Positions 1 through 8,476 of a stretch of DNA of 19,123 nt are shown here, in pieces. How positions within the stretch are numbered: the first letter of the stretch is position 1; the number at the start of each line of letters is the position of its first letter. The DNA is taken from positions 1 to 19,123 of the forward strand of contig JAAFKJ010000093.1 in the NCBI GenBank assembly GCA_021399395.1, in the 5' to 3' direction. Position numbers and translations under genes: made by a program. The DNA comes from Candidatus Heimdallarchaeota archaeon. GTDB taxonomy: Archaea; Asgardarchaeota; Heimdallarchaeia; Heimdallarchaeales; Heimdallarchaeaceae. The notes beneath the pieces were generated by a model, which had not been told where the DNA came from, ran no database searches, and was given only the letters and a program-made list of their open reading frames with translations.

Positions 1-84
1 AGAACTAACTACTTTGCTAGTATTATAGGAAGAAGGAATTAGTAAAATTAAGCAACAAAAAATTAGAATATATTTTCTTTTCAA
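1..84 (-). CDS. 5' fragment of a secreted/surface protein (signal peptide only; runs off window)
   Basis: Manual translation from TTG at 84: MKRKYILIFCCLILLIPSSYNTSKVVSS, open to the edge. Basic n-region plus hydrophobic h-region, GGTGA at 94-90 upstream, and an N-terminus resembling that of the divergent 237 gene. Not in the ORF track. Confidence 0.65.
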   Translation of the reverse strand, partial: MKRKYILIFCCLILLIPSSYNTSKVVSS

Positions 85-236
85 GAAACTCACCTAGTGA
101 TATACATTGTTTGTTTCTTATAAATATAATCTACAGCCTTACACATTGAGGATCTAAATCTTTGATATAATGTAGAAACATTTTTTGTCCAAATAGTTTA
201 ATTATAAGTATTCTATATTGTCTATTTGATGATTAT

Positions 237-1949
237 ATGAAAAGGAAGCATTTCTTATCTATCATTATAGTTTCTATCTTTATTTTTAGCATTGTAACTG
301 TGAAGGAAGTTTCAACAGAAGTAAACCCTTGGAATCAAGAATTTGAAATAAATTCCTATGTAGATCATGTACCTATCAACATCACAAAAGATGCGGATTT
401 TGGACTACTCGGGTTTACTGGTGATGGCTCATATGCTTCTCCATACTTAATTGAGAACCTCAATATAACAACTACAGAAGAATATGGGATCTATATTGAA
501 GGGGTGTCAGAATACTTCGAAATTAAAGACTGTTATATCAAAGCTCAGCATGCTATTTATATTAACCAAGTTCCAGCTATTGAAGCTTGGATAAGAAACA
601 ATACTTTGGAAACAACAAATGCTCCTCCTTTCTCAGCAGGATTAGTTTTTGATAATTCTCACCATATGCATGTTTTAGCTAATAGATTTATTGGCTATGG
701 AGATGCAGGTATTTATGGTGATTTTGCCAATGATCACGTCATAGCAGGTAATAATTTCACTAAATTCACCAATGCAATTGACACTGTTGACTGTGGATGG
801 TGGGAGATTTACGATAACAAATTTGAATTAAATGATGGGGATCAATACGTTAGTTCAAACGATTTTGTTTTCTATCAAAACACTTGGTACAATAATAATT
901 ATGGCCTGTATTTAGGTGATTGTACTAACTGTAATGTCACAGCCAACTTCTTCTTAAACAATAATCAAGAGGCAGTCACTCTGTATCAATCTATAGGTGT
1001 AAAAGTGTACAAAAATTGGTTTGTAGACAATAATCTTGGAGGTAGTAGTCAAGCTAAAGACACTCTTGGATCAAATGCTTGGTGGTGGTCCTATCTGAAT
1101 CAAGGAAACTTTTGGTCAGATTTTTCAGGGTCGGGGTATTACGAAATCGTCAATGATATAGGTGACTCTAGTTATGATGTTTATCCTATCTGGGATTCAG
1201 ATAGCGATGGTGTAAATGATTATGATGAGCTATTTGTTTATTTAACAGACAGATATGATTCGGATAGTGATGATGACTTAATGCCCGATGGGTGGGAACT
1301 AGATAATAGTCTTGATCCATTGTATGATGATGCTATCGAAGATGCTGATACTGACGAGTTATCCAATTTAGATGAATATAGATATGGAACTCTTGCTCAA
1401 GATGAGGATACAGATGACGATACAATGACTGACGGTTATGAAGTACATAATTCCCTAAACCCTCTCTTTGATGATGCTTATGCGGATTTTGATGGAGATG
1501 AGCTTGTCAATGTTCTTGAGTTCACCCTTGGAACTAAAGCTAATAACTATGACAGCGACATGGATGGCATGAGTGATTCTTGGGAATATTACAACGGTTT
1601 GAATCCTTTAGAAAATGATGCTTGGATGGATCTAGACGACGATGGATTAAACAATTTCTTGGAATATATCTATGATTGTGATCCCAATGACCACGATAGT
1701 GATGATGATACCCATTATGATGGTTATGAAATTCTTCATGGTACCAATCCTAATGATCCGAATGATTTTCCATCAACAACTTATCAACCTACAGAATCAG
1801 AGACACCAACTACTGAAACTACATTCTACTGGATAGGTGGGTTCATAGCTCTTCTTGCTCTTGTAAGTTTTCCTTTTATCAGACAGAGAAGAAAACTGAA
1901 CAAATTACGCGAGCTTATAGGCGAATATTTTCCTAAGATGAAATTCTAA
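237..1949 (+). CDS. Membrane-anchored surface protein: signal peptide, NosD/CASH-like parallel beta-helix, TSP3-like Ca-binding repeats, Thr-rich linker, C-terminal TM
   Basis: PINITKDADF..GxGS..PYxIENLNI start and N-x-F-x-x-N repeats ending in GNFWSD..YEI..D.YP. Eight D-x-D-x-D-x-x-x-D/N-x-x-E units follow, then STTYQPTESETPTTETT, a hydrophobic helix and RQRRK. Confidence 0.8.
   Translation: MKRKHFLSIIIVSIFIFSIVTVKEVSTEVNPWNQEFEINSYVDHVPINITKDADFGLLGFTGDGSYASPYLIENLNITTTEEYGIYIEGVSEYFEIKDCYIKAQHAIYINQVPAIEAWIRNNTLETTNAPPFSAGLVFDNSHHMHVLANRFIGYGDAGIYGDFANDHVIAGNNFTKFTNAIDTVDCGWWEIYDNKFELNDGDQYVSSNDFVFYQNTWYNNNYGLYLGDCTNCNVTANFFLNNNQEAVTLYQSIGVKVYKNWFVDNNLGGSSQAKDTLGSNAWWWSYLNQGNFWSDFSGSGYYEIVNDIGDSSYDVYPIWDSDSDGVNDYDELFVYLTDRYDSDSDDDLMPDGWELDNSLDPLYDDAIEDADTDELSNLDEYRYGTLAQDEDTDDDTMTDGYEVHNSLNPLFDDAYADFDGDELVNVLEFTLGTKANNYDSDMDGMSDSWEYYNGLNPLENDAWMDLDDDGLNNFLEYIYDCDPNDHDSDDDTHYDGYEILHGTNPNDPNDFPSTTYQPTESETPTTETTFYWIGGFIALLALVSFPFIRQRRKLNKLRELIGEYFPKMKF
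1194..1766 (+). repeat. Eight intragenic thrombospondin type-3-like (DxDxDG) repeats, alternating ~22/26 aa
   Basis: DSDSDGVNDYDE, DSDDDLMPDGWE, DADTDELSNLDE, DTDDDTMTDGYE, DFDGDELVNVLE, DSDMDGMSDSWE, DLDDDGLNNFLE, DSDDDTHYDGYE. Confidence 0.85.
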
Positions 1950-2017
1950 AAACACCAAAAGTATAGTAGTAAAGGGAACTCTTTCCTTCTTTTATTTCTT
2001 TATTTTGTCTCAAACTG

Positions 2018-2329
2018 TCATCTACAATCTCCACAATCTGGACCACAACACATCCAGAAGAACAAGATACCAAATAGTGCATCCCAAAATCCTCTATCAC
2101 TTCTATGAGGTCGATCATCATAATAATCATCTGACCTAGATTGTTGATATTGGGGTTGAGATTGAGTTGTTGGACCGCTTTGGGCTGTTGCTTGATATCT
2201 AATTGGTAACTGTTTGTTCTTATATTGCATGATTATTTCTTCTAAATCAGTACCACAATGCTCACAATATCTCCCCGAAGCTGTGTGTTTTGCTCCGCAG
2301 TTTGGACAAAAGATGGCTTCTTCATTCAT
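2018..2329 (-). CDS. Zinc-ribbon protein with Q/P/Y-rich linker and Cys-rich hydrophobic C-terminal tail
   Basis: FCPNCGA...YCEHCG zinc ribbon; QATAQSGPTTQSQPQYQQ linker; tail GFWDALFGILFFWMCCGPDCGDCR. Confidence 0.75.
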   Translation of the reverse strand: MNEEAIFCPNCGAKHTASGRYCEHCGTDLEEIIMQYKNKQLPIRYQATAQSGPTTQSQPQYQQSRSDDYYDDRPHRSDRGFWDALFGILFFWMCCGPDCGDCR

Positions 2330-2353
2330 ACAAGCAACAATTACACATTCACA

Positions 2354-2361
2354 TATATAAA
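2354..2361 (-). promoter_or_regulatory. Putative archaeal TATA box (TTTATATA); transcript probably leaderless
   Basis: TTTATATA on the minus strand about 25 nt upstream of the ATG at 2329. Confidence 0.5.
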
Positions 2362-2469
2362 TTTAAAGAAAAGGAAAAGAAAAAAAGAGTTCATGTTTTC
2401 TTTCTTAAAATAGGATTTAATTCTAGAGAAGATTTACATAGAAATAGCAAAAGACACAAATGAGGTTGA

Positions 2470-3114
2470 ATGATACAATTGTCAGAGTTCAAACAGCTTT
2501 CGAAAGAAATGGCACATATCCCCATCTATTTGAAGGAAATCACAAAAAAATCTCTTCTAGAACATCCTCTTTTCTTTCATCTGAGTAAATACCCGTTATT
2601 ACAATGTCGTGATGTTTACAAGTTCATCTATCAAGGTAGTTGCGGTTGGGCTCATCTGACAAAATTAGGAGATGAGAAACATGTGAAAAACTATCTCGTA
2701 AAAGAACTTTCAGAAGCAGTAGACCCTGTTGAAATTGATGAGATATTCGAACTTCTAGATAAAGAGACTAGAATAGGAAGAGTCAATCTGAGATCTTGGA
2801 AAGCACAAGTTGGGGAAGACTTAGATTTACTCTGGGAACTTATGATAAAGGCTAAACAAAACACTCCAGAAACAACGGAGTTATTCATTCAGAGGTGGGG
2901 GGAGTTCTCTGACTGGATTGAACAAGGAATAATAATGTATCCTTTGGGAGCTGAGAAATCGATGAAGAAGTGGTTAGTTCTTATTTCTGAAATAGCACAA
3001 AAAGTTGAGTTAGCTGTTGAATTACCGTTAGTTTCTCATTCTCCTATGTACAGAAAGTCCTATAATCCAACCTATAGGTTAGTTAGAGAAGAAGATATTT
3101 TTAAAAAGAAATAA
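2470..3114 (+). CDS. Conserved hypothetical protein
   Basis: Motifs YP..Q..DVYKFIYQG..G..H, RVNL and VSHS..YR..Y.P.YRLV recall an uncharacterised prokaryotic family (recognised from memory). The true start may be downstream. Confidence 0.65.
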   Translation: MIQLSEFKQLSKEMAHIPIYLKEITKKSLLEHPLFFHLSKYPLLQCRDVYKFIYQGSCGWAHLTKLGDEKHVKNYLVKELSEAVDPVEIDEIFELLDKETRIGRVNLRSWKAQVGEDLDLLWELMIKAKQNTPETTELFIQRWGEFSDWIEQGIIMYPLGAEKSMKKWLVLISEIAQKVELAVELPLVSHSPMYRKSYNPTYRLVREEDIFKKK

Positions 3115-3120
3115 AGTAAA

Positions 3121-3885
3121 TTAGAAAAGATAAGGTACAATAGCTTTTCTATTTTCAGGATAATCTTCAAAAGTTTCTTTATACCATTTATGATGTGATT
3201 TTGCTCTTGGTACTAAATTAGCTATGGTCCAGAATACAAACAACAATCCTGCCCAATTCCAAACCATGAGTCCCCAACCTATCCAAATTAAAATTTCTCC
3301 AAAATAGTTTGGACTAGAGATGAGTTTATACATTCCGCCAAAAGGTATTTTGTATCCTTTTTCACCAGGTTTTCTCAAATCTCTTAAAACTATATCAGCA
3401 TGACGATTAATGATATACCCTACAATGAAAATAATTACACCTGAGATAAATTGAGGACTTATTAACCATGTCTGAGTATAGGTTGTATCAGCTGCAAAAT
3501 GGAAAATCCAGCGTGATTGAAGATAAGTGTTAGAAGTTTGAAAAAGCATACCAAAGAACATTATCAACAAAGGCATTCTTTTATTTGTTCTTAGGAAAAA
3601 TGGAAAGATCAAATCCCTTTGGACATAATGAAGCATCCAGAGAACAAGAAGCACAATTGGAACTAAATCCTTTCGTTCACTCATGGCAAAAACTACTGCA
3701 AAAACAATTACAGCTGGAGCTTCCATAATTATCCAACCCCACTTGGAGCTGATAGAAGGACCCCACCCTTTACGAATATGACGTCCGTAGGGAGCACTAA
3801 TAAAGAATAACAGTACAAAAATAGCTAGAGCTGCAATCGCAGACGCGATAAAGAGGCCCCAATAGATGACAATTTCTTCCATCAC
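3121..3885 (-). CDS. 3-oxo-5-alpha-steroid 4-dehydrogenase (steroid 5-alpha-reductase SRD5A/DET2 family)
   Basis: APYGRH, WIIMEAP, HYVQR, HAD..LR.LRKPGEKGYKIP.GG, PNYFGEI..W, ANL.PRA..HH.WY...F..YP..RKAIVP; multiple TM helices. Confidence 0.92.
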   Translation of the reverse strand: MMEEIVIYWGLFIASAIAALAIFVLLFFISAPYGRHIRKGWGPSISSKWGWIIMEAPAVIVFAVVFAMSERKDLVPIVLLVLWMLHYVQRDLIFPFFLRTNKRMPLLIMFFGMLFQTSNTYLQSRWIFHFAADTTYTQTWLISPQFISGVIIFIVGYIINRHADIVLRDLRKPGEKGYKIPFGGMYKLISSPNYFGEILIWIGWGLMVWNWAGLLFVFWTIANLVPRAKSHHKWYKETFEDYPENRKAIVPYLF

Positions 3886-3987
3886 AGTGATTTAATATAG
3901 CTTTTTTTAAAAGCTTTCCCCACAGGCTGGAGAGAAATAAGTTTAAAATGTTACATAAAGAATTGAATAAAAAGTAGGAACTGTGGG

Positions 3988-5205
3988 ATGTCTTCAAATT
4001 CTAAGGTAATAAAATCAACTAAACTTTTTTGGAATGTTCAATTTATTTACGAATTAGTATTAGCGAGAAAAGAACTTGAAGCATTTAATATTGAATATCA
4101 ACTAAATAATAACCTTAGAAATCTTGAGGTTTCTAAAGTTCCTAACGCAGACGAATTTATCAGTAGAACTGCTTATTTTGAAGAAATTGAAGGAATACCT
4201 TCCCTCTATTCGAAAATAACCAAAGCTAATGTTACTCGATCATTAAACCAATACTTAACTCACTGGTTTTATCCTTACAAGGGTAAATATCACCCGCAGC
4301 TGATTAGGGCATTATTGAACATAATGAGAATCCAACCTGGTGAAACAATCTTAGATTCTTTTATTGGAAGTGGAACAACTGCATTAGAAGCGCAACTTCT
4401 AGGAATTAACTGCATTGGTCTGGATATTTCTGAAGTCTGTACTCGAGTTACCAGAGCAAAAACACATGCTTTTAAGAACTTAGAAGACATTGAAAATACT
4501 TTTCTTACCTTCCAAAATATATCCACCAATCTCAGCAACTCAGATGAAGAAATCGAGTACATTAAAAGTATGATTAACGACGTTCAAGATTCAAATGTTC
4601 AGAATTTCTTTAAAGTTGCAGAATTAATCTCTCACAGCGATAAGGCCAGAAGAAAGAAGAAGAACTTCAATGAATCTTTTCTCAAAAATTCTGAAAAAAT
4701 GTTAAGATCAATTAAGGATTATGAACAAATAATCTCTGATAATAAACTCAATCTAGGTGAAACGGATATCAAATTAGGCGATGCAAAAAACCTTGAAATT
4801 AGTTCAGAATCAATCGATGGGATCATATGCTCTCCACCGTATTCAATTGCTCTAAACTATGTTGAGAATGACAAACATGCCCTAGAAGCTCTGGGTTATG
4901 ATACTAAAATTATAAAGGAAGATTTCATAGGAGTAAGAGGTTCAGGAAAAACTAAAATCGATTTATACAATCAAGATTTAATCCTTTCATACAATGAAAT
5001 GGATAGAGTTCTCAAACCTGGTAAGTTGTGTTCCATTGTTATAGGAAATGCAACAGTTGACAAGAAAGAAGTCAATACAGTTGAGTACACAATAGAAATT
5101 TTTCAAAATCTAGGATACTCTCTTGAGATGAATGTTGACAAAATCATCTTTGGATTGTATAATATTATGCAAAAAGAAAATATTCTAGTATTCAAGAAAC
5201 CATGA
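3988..5205 (+). CDS. SAM-dependent DNA amino-methyltransferase, probably N4-cytosine, alpha-class motif order
   Basis: Motif X-like THWFYPYKGKYHP, motif I DSFIGSGTT, motif IV SPPY downstream of motif I, and RVLKPGK. Confidence 0.82.
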   Translation: MSSNSKVIKSTKLFWNVQFIYELVLARKELEAFNIEYQLNNNLRNLEVSKVPNADEFISRTAYFEEIEGIPSLYSKITKANVTRSLNQYLTHWFYPYKGKYHPQLIRALLNIMRIQPGETILDSFIGSGTTALEAQLLGINCIGLDISEVCTRVTRAKTHAFKNLEDIENTFLTFQNISTNLSNSDEEIEYIKSMINDVQDSNVQNFFKVAELISHSDKARRKKKNFNESFLKNSEKMLRSIKDYEQIISDNKLNLGETDIKLGDAKNLEISSESIDGIICSPPYSIALNYVENDKHALEALGYDTKIIKEDFIGVRGSGKTKIDLYNQDLILSYNEMDRVLKPGKLCSIVIGNATVDKKEVNTVEYTIEIFQNLGYSLEMNVDKIIFGLYNIMQKENILVFKKP

Positions 5206-5211
5206 ACAAAA

Positions 5212-6303
5212 CTACTTCCTAATTTTAGAAAATGTTTCAACAATTAGATTTGCAATTTCTTCAGGTGAGATACCAGGAAGATCGATGTTTTTGAAATTAA
5301 ATATGTCATTTAATTTTTCAGAAATTACTATTTCATCTACTTCTGCATTAATCAACTTCTCTTGTATTTCTTCTAAAACGAAAGGTGGAGATAATGAAAA
5401 ATCTCCCGAGATTACAATGTCAGTAATTTTACTCTCGTCAAAGTGTACAAACAGCTGAACAAGTCCTCCTGAGAACTTTTTCTCTGAAAATGCAAAATAT
5501 GTGTCTCCCTTGATTTTCTGCTGAAATAGGTCATCTTTATCTTTTTCAACATAGTAGAGCCAATCCTTTTGCTGATAGAGTTCCTTAATCTCTATAAGTT
5601 TGTCTTCCTCTTCCTTCAATAAAGAGCCTTCTACTAATTCGATATTCAATATTTCTTGGAAATTGTTAACATACTTTTTCACAACTTCTTCCTTTGAAGG
5701 CAGTTCGTCTAGAAAGAAATCAAAGCTACCCATTCGTTCTTCTAATGAATTGGCAATTTTATCCCTGAATTTCTCATCAGGAACTTTGAGAATCTTGGAC
5801 ATTTCTTTAGATGGAAAACTGAAAATAAAATTACCTACTAAAACCCTAGATTCTTCATAAGAAACAGCCCCGTTTCCGCTGACTTTTCGACCATTAGCGA
5901 CGATATCATTAATTGGGGAGTATTTTGCAGGAATATCATATTCATTATAGGTGGCCACTGTAGGTGTAAGAAAATACTCGTAAAAGTTTCTTAGATTTTG
6001 ACTATAATCTCTCTTTCTACAAATGATTTGATAGAAGATTTGGTTAGAATCAAGATAAACTGATCCTCCTCCAGTTCCTCTACGTACAAGAGGTAGGTTG
6101 TGATCTTCTATGTATTTCATCTCAACGGATTTTTCCAATACTTGATGTAATCCTACACAGACTAGAGGTTGATCAGGCCAAGTTAAAATCAAAGTGTTAG
6201 GGGTTTGAAGTTCATTCTGAACCAATGCTAAAGCATGGTAGATAGCTTGAGTGTCAAGCCAATCCATTTGACCAACATTTAGTAAACGCCATTCATTGTC
6301 CAT
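5212..6303 (-). CDS. lplA: Lipoate-protein ligase A (catalytic plus C-terminal accessory domain)
   Basis: VRRGTGGGSVYLD, NDI.ANGRKVSGNG, KILKVPDEKFRDK, and the C-terminal ITDIVISGDF domain. Confidence 0.88.
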   Translation of the reverse strand: MDNEWRLLNVGQMDWLDTQAIYHALALVQNELQTPNTLILTWPDQPLVCVGLHQVLEKSVEMKYIEDHNLPLVRRGTGGGSVYLDSNQIFYQIICRKRDYSQNLRNFYEYFLTPTVATYNEYDIPAKYSPINDIVANGRKVSGNGAVSYEESRVLVGNFIFSFPSKEMSKILKVPDEKFRDKIANSLEERMGSFDFFLDELPSKEEVVKKYVNNFQEILNIELVEGSLLKEEEDKLIEIKELYQQKDWLYYVEKDKDDLFQQKIKGDTYFAFSEKKFSGGLVQLFVHFDESKITDIVISGDFSLSPPFVLEEIQEKLINAEVDEIVISEKLNDIFNFKNIDLPGISPEEIANLIVETFSKIRK

Positions 6304-6327
6304 AGAGCATCTTCCAAAATAATGAGA

Positions 6328-7026
6328 TTAAGAGACAATTGTCCATTCGGTCTCATCGGATAAAAAGAATACTACATAACCACTGTCATTTATGAATAAC
6401 AATCTAGAAAATTGTGTGGTCATTTGAACTCCATCAATCATGATATTGGCATAGAAGTCTACGTTGATTTCATATTCAATTGTTTCAGCAGAATACAGTT
6501 GATCTAACGTATCATTGATACTGGGTGAAGGATAATTTGGTTGACTTATATGAGAAGCATTCCAGTCTTCTAATTGCCACATCCATGTATAGAAACTACC
6601 GTTAGAGTTACCAAAACCATTAGTATATGATTCTTTTGCTCCTGCAGCTGTCAAAGGAGCTGATGTTATTGTCATCTCTAATTCGAACACATGAACTTCC
6701 GTACTTAAACCATAATAGTCTAACATTGAAACGTTTTCCATAAAACTAACTTCATCTACTATCAGCTGAGATATATTGTTCAGATGGGGTAATTGAGGTA
6801 AACCTGCAATCTCATCCCAATAGTCAGGACTGCTCCCATTAATTTTTGCAGTATCATGTATTAGAATTGGGCTTTGAGCATCGCCATCAATTGTATTTAT
6901 CATTATTGAACTATTGAAATCCTCAATTCCTGGAGGAGCTGTTGTGACAGAAATTAATATAATTGGTAATCCAAGCATACAAAAGCCTAAAACTATTAGA
7001 AATGAGTTGAATATTCCATTAGCCAT
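6328..7026 (-). CDS. Hypothetical protein with N-terminal TM anchor and acidic extracellular domain
   Basis: Hydrophobic residues 5-26 followed by a D/E/N-rich domain with many N-x-S/T sequons; TATA-like TATAAATA about 23 nt upstream. Confidence 0.7.
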   Translation of the reverse strand: MANGIFNSFLIVLGFCMLGLPIILISVTTAPPGIEDFNSSIMINTIDGDAQSPILIHDTAKINGSSPDYWDEIAGLPQLPHLNNISQLIVDEVSFMENVSMLDYYGLSTEVHVFELEMTITSAPLTAAGAKESYTNGFGNSNGSFYTWMWQLEDWNASHISQPNYPSPSINDTLDQLYSAETIEYEINVDFYANIMIDGVQMTTQFSRLLFINDSGYVVFFLSDETEWTIVS

Positions 7027-7092
7027 ATTTGTGAAATAGCTAGAATATTATTTATAGGTTTTGAAATGAAAAATGAAAGATAGGGTTATTAT

Positions 7093-8382
7093 TTACCCCT
7101 TTGTTTTCTTCGAATAGACCAAATAAGATGGATAAACTACTGCAAAAAGCCCTACTGTCCCAATTACAAAATAAGTTCCAAGGTTCATAAAGAAACTATA
7201 TTCTCCAAGGTAGTTATTTGTCCAAGTATCTCCATCAGCTGAAAATGCAAATGCAGCTCCAGGCCAACCTTTTGATCCAAATCTACTTCCTCTTCCTACA
7301 ATGAAAGTAAGAAATAATCTATCTTCATAAACTGAAAGACATGGATCTTTACGATAATATCCATCGAAATTATCTATGCTTTTTATCACATTATGTTCTT
7401 GGATTGTACTTGAAATTGCTTCTAATCCAAAGAAACCTTGTTCTACTTTAAATGAAGTTCCCCACAAGAAAGATTCTATCTTTATAATCCCTTGATCTGC
7501 ATCAACTACATCTGCAAGATTATCTTGAGCTACTACATAGAACCTATCCAACCAGTAGGTTACAGTAGGTTGTAATAAGATTACAAGATTGTTCGGTGGA
7601 TCTAAAGTGATAATACTACTTACTATTGAATAGGAGTCGTCTAATTGATCAAATTGAACAGTACTAGTTAATCCTGATTCTTCTGAGTAAATAACTAATA
7701 AATCATCATTATGATTGTAGAATTGAAAATCTTTACCAAAACCACTTGCCACATAAAATGTGTCAGTAATTTCTAAAGTATCAGGGTCAATTTCTAAAAC
7801 ATCATTAACAACAACATAATAGATTATACCACTGAGATTAACTTCAGCGCCATAACTATAGGATAAAACTAGACCATCATCTTTGTTTATAGCATCAAAA
7901 GCATAGTATGTATCGTTTCCGTAAGTAACAGAAGTGTTATAGACTAGAGCTAGTTCACCCCAACTTACACCATTATTTTCTGATGTTAAAGCGAAGAAAG
8001 TCAAGTTATCTGTAGTCTGATCATGAGCTGCTATGAATAGATAAGATACACCATCTAAATAAACTACATCAGTTTGATTTGTATAATAATCTGTTCCGTT
8101 AAAATTAAACGATTCTAGCATAATCTCAGTATCATTAATTTCCTCTATCTGAAATTCTGTTGGAAGCCTCCTCATTGTACGAGATTTAATGTGTTGATCA
8201 ACTGAAACTTCATTGGAAATCCTATCTTGAACGAAAACCATTACATGTTCTCCATCGCTTCCTTCAACTGTCGTCGGGCCATATTCTGCATAAGTGATTA
8301 TTGCATTTGTATAGTTAGGAATTGAGGTTAATACTATCGAAAAGACAAAAATAAAAACTATCCATTCTTTCTTAAATTTCAT
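7093..8382 (-). CDS. Secreted, C-terminally anchored protein with Asp-box (BNR) motifs; possible beta-propeller/sialidase-like fold
   Basis: Signal peptide MKFKKEWIVFIFVF; Asp-box-like TSENNGVSW and FSADGDTW; C-terminal TM followed by KKTKG. Confidence 0.65.
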   Translation of the reverse strand: MKFKKEWIVFIFVFSIVLTSIPNYTNAIITYAEYGPTTVEGSDGEHVMVFVQDRISNEVSVDQHIKSRTMRRLPTEFQIEEINDTEIMLESFNFNGTDYYTNQTDVVYLDGVSYLFIAAHDQTTDNLTFFALTSENNGVSWGELALVYNTSVTYGNDTYYAFDAINKDDGLVLSYSYGAEVNLSGIIYYVVVNDVLEIDPDTLEITDTFYVASGFGKDFQFYNHNDDLLVIYSEESGLTSTVQFDQLDDSYSIVSSIITLDPPNNLVILLQPTVTYWLDRFYVVAQDNLADVVDADQGIIKIESFLWGTSFKVEQGFFGLEAISSTIQEHNVIKSIDNFDGYYRKDPCLSVYEDRLFLTFIVGRGSRFGSKGWPGAAFAFSADGDTWTNNYLGEYSFFMNLGTYFVIGTVGLFAVVYPSYLVYSKKTKG

Positions 8383-8476
8383 TTAGGAGACTCCGATTTT
8401 TTTTCTTCTTGCAAAACTTGGCTGAGGAATATATAAATGTTGCCAAGAGAGGATGAACAGCACCAATATTCACCTT

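Noticed and set aside
1194-1766. Repeats as a CRISPR array or DNA-level tandem repeat
   Set aside because: Similarity is only at the protein level inside an ORF; I saw no identical repeat-spacer pattern anywhere in the window.
2000-2020. Possible selenocysteine readthrough of the TGA after the Cys-rich tail (would add U-QFETK)
   Set aside because: No SECIS-like hairpin is visible downstream, so an ordinary stop is simpler.
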